Shown: one piece after another, positions 58,729 to 61,693 of the stretch | How the letters are laid out: each line of letters opens with the position of its first letter | Numbering within the stretch: position 1 is the stretch's first letter | Position numbers and translations under genes: made by a program | Assembly (NCBI GenBank): GCA_030765145.1 | Contig: JAVCDA010000060.1 | Span: 1 to 61,693, forward strand | Source: Candidatus Saelkia tenebricola | GTDB taxonomy: Bacteria; Omnitrophota; Gorgyraeia; Kaelpiales; Kaelpiaceae | DNA length: 61,693 bases | Direction: 5' to 3' | Notes under the pieces: generated by a model | Told to the model about the DNA's origin: nothing | The model's input: only the letters and a program-made list of their open reading frames with translations | Databases searched by the model: none

Positions 58729-59632
58729 GATGGTCTTAAAATCTAAGAACATTCCACTTTTATATACTAATGGAGTAAGATTAGCAGATAGAAGTTATTT
58801 AAGGTTGCTTAAACAATCAGGTGTAAGAGTGGTATGTTTATCATTGGATGCAGTTGATTTTGAAGTCTATAAAAATATAAGAAGAACTTCAGAAGAAGTA
58901 ATTAAAGCAAAATTTAAGGCATTAGAAAATTTAAGAAAAGAAAAAACCCAGGTTGTTCTACAAACAACGATTATTAAAGGAGTTAATGATTTTCATATCC
59001 AAGAAATTGTAGAATATATGAAAATAAATCCCTATATTTATGGATTATGGCTAAGGCCTCTATACCTATTGGGGAAAGAACCTTATGCAGATTTTGACAG
59101 AACACATCTCATGTCGCGTGATGAAGTAGCAGATTTAGTAGAAGAAAATTTAAGATTGGATAAAGGTTATTTTGATTTATGGAATGATTTAAAAAGAAAT
59201 TTATTGAATTATATTTTGAAGTTAATGCCAAACATAAAGATATCTGCAATCGAATTGGATAAAATTTATATGCTAAGAGAAAATGGGCGATTTATTCCTT
59301 TACTAGATAAAAAAGAGTTAGAATATATCAATCATGCTCTTGTTTCTAACCGGTTTTGGGCTTTGCTTAAGCCATCTTTAATGGTTAAAATTTTACCTTA
59401 TATTATACGAGGAATTGTTGGTTTAAGTGGTATACGTTTCAATTTTATAGAAAAGTATATGTATAAAAAAGGTATCTGTAAATTTTCTATTCGAATGTTG
59501 GATGGGGTTATGAGATATCCGTACTCATTTTTTCCTGCCTCCATGGATGGTCCGGTGTATATAGAGGTATTGCCAACTGAGGATGAGAATAACCCCTATA
59601 AAATAATTGCAAAACGTAAAGAATCCACATAG
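58238..59632 (+). CDS. Radical SAM protein with N-terminal 4-Cys zinc-ribbon/rubredoxin-like knuckle (MJ0619/Tes-like family, copy A)
   Basis: C24-x2-C27 ... C48-x2-C51 (FCPVCERTISAQLINRQGYVYEQKECSWC). CX3CX2C at C111/C115/C118 (RCNSFCRFC). LFGGEPTMREDLPEII, LYTNGVRLAD, LSLDAVD, GVNDFHIQEIVEY. Confidence 0.8.
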   Translation: MDKLLMFEVENVMETLVKTGISFCPVCERTISAQLINRQGYVYEQKECSWCNEMFELLLKKASFTHRCGFDKMPNNWPQLNVQIGDIPGEESDIKNFSEVLYVLLNLTQRCNSFCRFCFEANEGPRPDMDIEFIKTTLKKFRNKIIVLFGGEPTMREDLPEIIQMVLKSKNIPLLYTNGVRLADRSYLRLLKQSGVRVVCLSLDAVDFEVYKNIRRTSEEVIKAKFKALENLRKEKTQVVLQTTIIKGVNDFHIQEIVEYMKINPYIYGLWLRPLYLLGKEPYADFDRTHLMSRDEVADLVEENLRLDKGYFDLWNDLKRNLLNYILKLMPNIKISAIELDKIYMLRENGRFIPLLDKKELEYINHALVSNRFWALLKPSLMVKILPYIIRGIVGLSGIRFNFIEKYMYKKGICKFSIRMLDGVMRYPYSFFPASMDGPVYIEVLPTEDENNPYKIIAKRKEST

Positions 59633-59787
59633 AGCTATGAGAAGTCGAGGGCTGGTTTTTTCTATAGTAAAAGATATATCAAAGATTTGGTATGAATTTG
59701 GTCAGAATGGAACATATATTCCATAAATGGGTTAATTAATTAAAGTTGTGTTACATTTATATAGATATATAATAAAAGGAGGAATAT

Positions 59788-61164
59788 ATGAAAGAATCAA
59801 ATTTAGTAGAGCTTAATTCTGAAATCATATCTATGCCAGAAACTGTATCGGTAGAAGAGCTGGTGGTAGAAGAAGGTTTATCTCCTTGTCCATCTTGTGA
59901 AAAACTTGTGCCCGCAAAAACAGTTGTAAGGGATGGGTATACATACATAGTTAAACATTGTGTATTTGAAAGAAAATTTTTCAATGTTTTCTTAGGAAAA
60001 GGCTGGTATGACAAAAGCTATAAAGATATTTCACTTCCCAATAGTTGGCCGCGTTGCGAGGTTCACATTGGTCAAAAAGAAATGAGTGAGAAAAATGTTC
60101 TGAATATAGGAGAGGTTAGTTTTGTTTTACTGACTATTACCAAAAAGTGTAATATACATTGTAAAATTTGTTACGACAAACTTCTCGCTGATAGAATTGA
60201 TATGAGTTTATCGCATATTGAAGATAAGCTTAGATTTTTTAAAAATAGAACAGTTATTTTATTCGGCGGGGAACCTACAGTTAGGGAAGATTTACCAGAA
60301 ATTATTAAATTGGTAAAGTTATCAAATAATTATCCTGTGCTTTTTACAAATGGTATTAAGCTTACAAGTAGAGATTACCTAAACTGTTTAATAAAAAATG
60401 GGTTATGGGGTGTATGTTTATCCTTTGATGGTTTTGACGCTCATATTTATGCGGAGCTTCGCGGTTTAGACGAAAAAGTTTATCAGCAGAAATTAGAAGC
60501 ACTTGAAAATTTGAAAAAAACAAATATTCCTGTAGTTATTCATTCTACAATCGTTAAAGAGGTTAATGAACATGAAGTTGCAAAGATTTTAGACTACGCA
60601 GCCCAAAATGATTTTGTGTCAGCAGTGTGGTTTAGAACACTTTATCTGTCCGGTGAAGAAAAATTGTCAAATTTTGATAAAACTAATTTAATTTCTGAAA
60701 AAGAAATGGTAAATATGATATGCAGTCATTTAGACATTGATAAAGAATATTTCTATCTTTGGGATGAGGTAAAGCGTGGTCTTGTTAAATGGATTACAAA
60801 GCGATTCCCGAAATTTAAAATTTCTGTGTTTAGGCTAGGTAGAATTTATTTAATTAGGAAAAAGGGCAAATTCCATCCTGTTTTAACGATTCGACAGTTA
60901 AAAGATATTAAAGTTGCGTTAGAAACCAATAGGTATTTTATTTTATTGAGTCCTTGTTTACTGAAGTGGTTTGTTAGATTGGCTGTCAATGGTTTTAGTA
61001 TTGCAAGGATTGAGAGAACCTTCTATAAGGAAGCAATGGTATTTAAAATTTGCCTGGAACAGCTTGGTCCTTATCCTAATATTATGTTTTCGAATCAACA
61101 TCCTATTACTTTGGTGGAATATAATCGTGGCAGGTTTTTTGCAGCTCAGAGCTACATAGATTAA
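59788..61164 (+). CDS. Radical SAM protein, divergent paralog of copy A (3-Cys N-terminal knuckle)
   Basis: CPSCEKLVPAKTVVRDGYTYIVKHC, KKCNIHCKIC, LFGGEPTVREDLPEIIKLV, LFTNGIKLTS, LSFDGFD. SD AAAGGAGG upstream. Confidence 0.8.
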   Translation: MKESNLVELNSEIISMPETVSVEELVVEEGLSPCPSCEKLVPAKTVVRDGYTYIVKHCVFERKFFNVFLGKGWYDKSYKDISLPNSWPRCEVHIGQKEMSEKNVLNIGEVSFVLLTITKKCNIHCKICYDKLLADRIDMSLSHIEDKLRFFKNRTVILFGGEPTVREDLPEIIKLVKLSNNYPVLFTNGIKLTSRDYLNCLIKNGLWGVCLSFDGFDAHIYAELRGLDEKVYQQKLEALENLKKTNIPVVIHSTIVKEVNEHEVAKILDYAAQNDFVSAVWFRTLYLSGEEKLSNFDKTNLISEKEMVNMICSHLDIDKEYFYLWDEVKRGLVKWITKRFPKFKISVFRLGRIYLIRKKGKFHPVLTIRQLKDIKVALETNRYFILLSPCLLKWFVRLAVNGFSIARIERTFYKEAMVFKICLEQLGPYPNIMFSNQHPITLVEYNRGRFFAAQSYID

Positions 61165-61189
61165 TATAATAGTTGCCAAATATTAATTT

Positions 61190-61693
61190 AAGGAGATATA
61201 AAATGGATAAATCATTAATGTTTGAAGTTGAAAATGTAATGGAAACGTTAGTAAAGACCGGGATTTCATTCTGTCCGGTATGCGAAAGGACAATTGCTGC
61301 TCAATTAGTTAACCGGAAAGGATACATATATGAACAGAAGGAATGTTCCTGGTGTAATGAAAGATTCGAGTTATTGTTGGCGAAAGCTTCTCTTACTTAT
61401 CGTCGTGGGTTTGACAAAATTCCTAATAATTGGCCGCAACTTAATGTTAAAATTGGAGATATTCCTGGTGAAGAAAGTGATATAAAAAACTTCTCAGAGG
61501 TTTTATATGTTCTGTTAAATTTGACTCAAAGATGCAATTCTTTTTGCCGGTTTTGCTTTGAAGCTAATGAAGGTCCTCGGCCAGATATGGATATAGAGTT
61601 CATAAAAACTACTTTAAAGAAATTCAGAAATAAAATAATAGTTCTCTTTGGCGGTGAGCCGACGATGAGAGAAGATTTACCAGAAATAATACA
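61190..61693 (+). repeat. Direct repeat copy 2 (RBS + first 491 nt of rSAM duplicate), offset 2965 nt from copy 1
   Basis: Same alignment as above. It contains a 106-nt perfectly identical stretch spanning the radical SAM Cys motif. Confidence 0.85.
61203..61693 (+). CDS. Radical SAM protein, near-identical duplicate of copy A (3' end outside the window)
   Basis: The frame is open to the window edge. The translation MDKSLMFEVENVMETLVKTGISFCPVCERTIAAQLVNRKGYIYEQKECSWCNERF...RCNSFCRFCFE...LFGGEPTMREDLPEII has 12 aa differences from copy A over 163 aa. It is not in the ORF track because no stop is reached. Confidence 0.8.
   Translation, partial: MDKSLMFEVENVMETLVKTGISFCPVCERTIAAQLVNRKGYIYEQKECSWCNERFELLLAKASLTYRRGFDKIPNNWPQLNVKIGDIPGEESDIKNFSEVLYVLLNLTQRCNSFCRFCFEANEGPRPDMDIEFIKTTLKKFRNKIIVLFGGEPTMREDLPEII

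Noticed and set aside
1-61693. Search for CRISPR arrays, rRNA genes, IS elements, transposases, integrases, prophage genes, toxin-antitoxin pairs and known defence genes.
   Set aside because: I saw no regularly spaced direct repeats, no recombinase, transposase or reverse-transcriptase motifs, and no phage structural genes. The only long DNA repeat is the rSAM gene duplication.

Overview
AT-rich, very densely packed bacterial chromosome segment. Most genes are on the + strand, and many junctions have overlapping stop/start codons. The host is clearly diderm: bamA-skp-lpxD-lpxC/fabZ-lpxA-lpxI is present. I cannot assign a lineage from sequence alone, but the style fits an uncultivated, small-genome organism.

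Most of the window is core housekeeping:
- a T2SS/T4P-like gspG-L-M-C-D block
- the speH-speE polyamine operon
- hisG, split transketolase, ispE, spoVG, tRNA-Gln(UUG), glmU, prs
- rplY-pth and rpsF-ssb-rpsR-rplI-dnaB
- the lipid A/Bam block, mnmG, birA, holB-ricT-metG-tatD
- mtnA, thiL, tsaE, tsaB, alr, ilvD

I found no CRISPR array, rRNA, transposase, integrase or phage genes.

The non-core part is a two-part accessory biosynthetic locus. Part 1 (46.3-53.6 kb) holds a methanofuran-type furan module: an MfnE-like kinase, a UbiA-like membrane protein with degenerate Asp motifs, an MfnF-like HisA-fold barrel, and a high-confidence MfnB/DUF556. It is followed by an AsnB-like adenylating enzyme that lacks the Cys nucleophile, and by a convergent radical SAM pair. 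Part 2 (57.3 kb to the window edge) holds a GNAT-like gene and a tandem array of zinc-ribbon radical SAM paralogs. One of these is a roughly 92% identical recent duplicate, and the array runs off the window. The two parts are separated by tsaB-alr-ilvD.

From recall only, four of the radical SAM genes resemble the MJ0619 / Tes (GDGT-MAS) family but lack obvious auxiliary-cluster cysteines. I consider this locus the best candidate for an undescribed cofactor or lipid tailoring system. All family assignments come from motif reading and recall, not from searches, and need HMM or structure confirmation.
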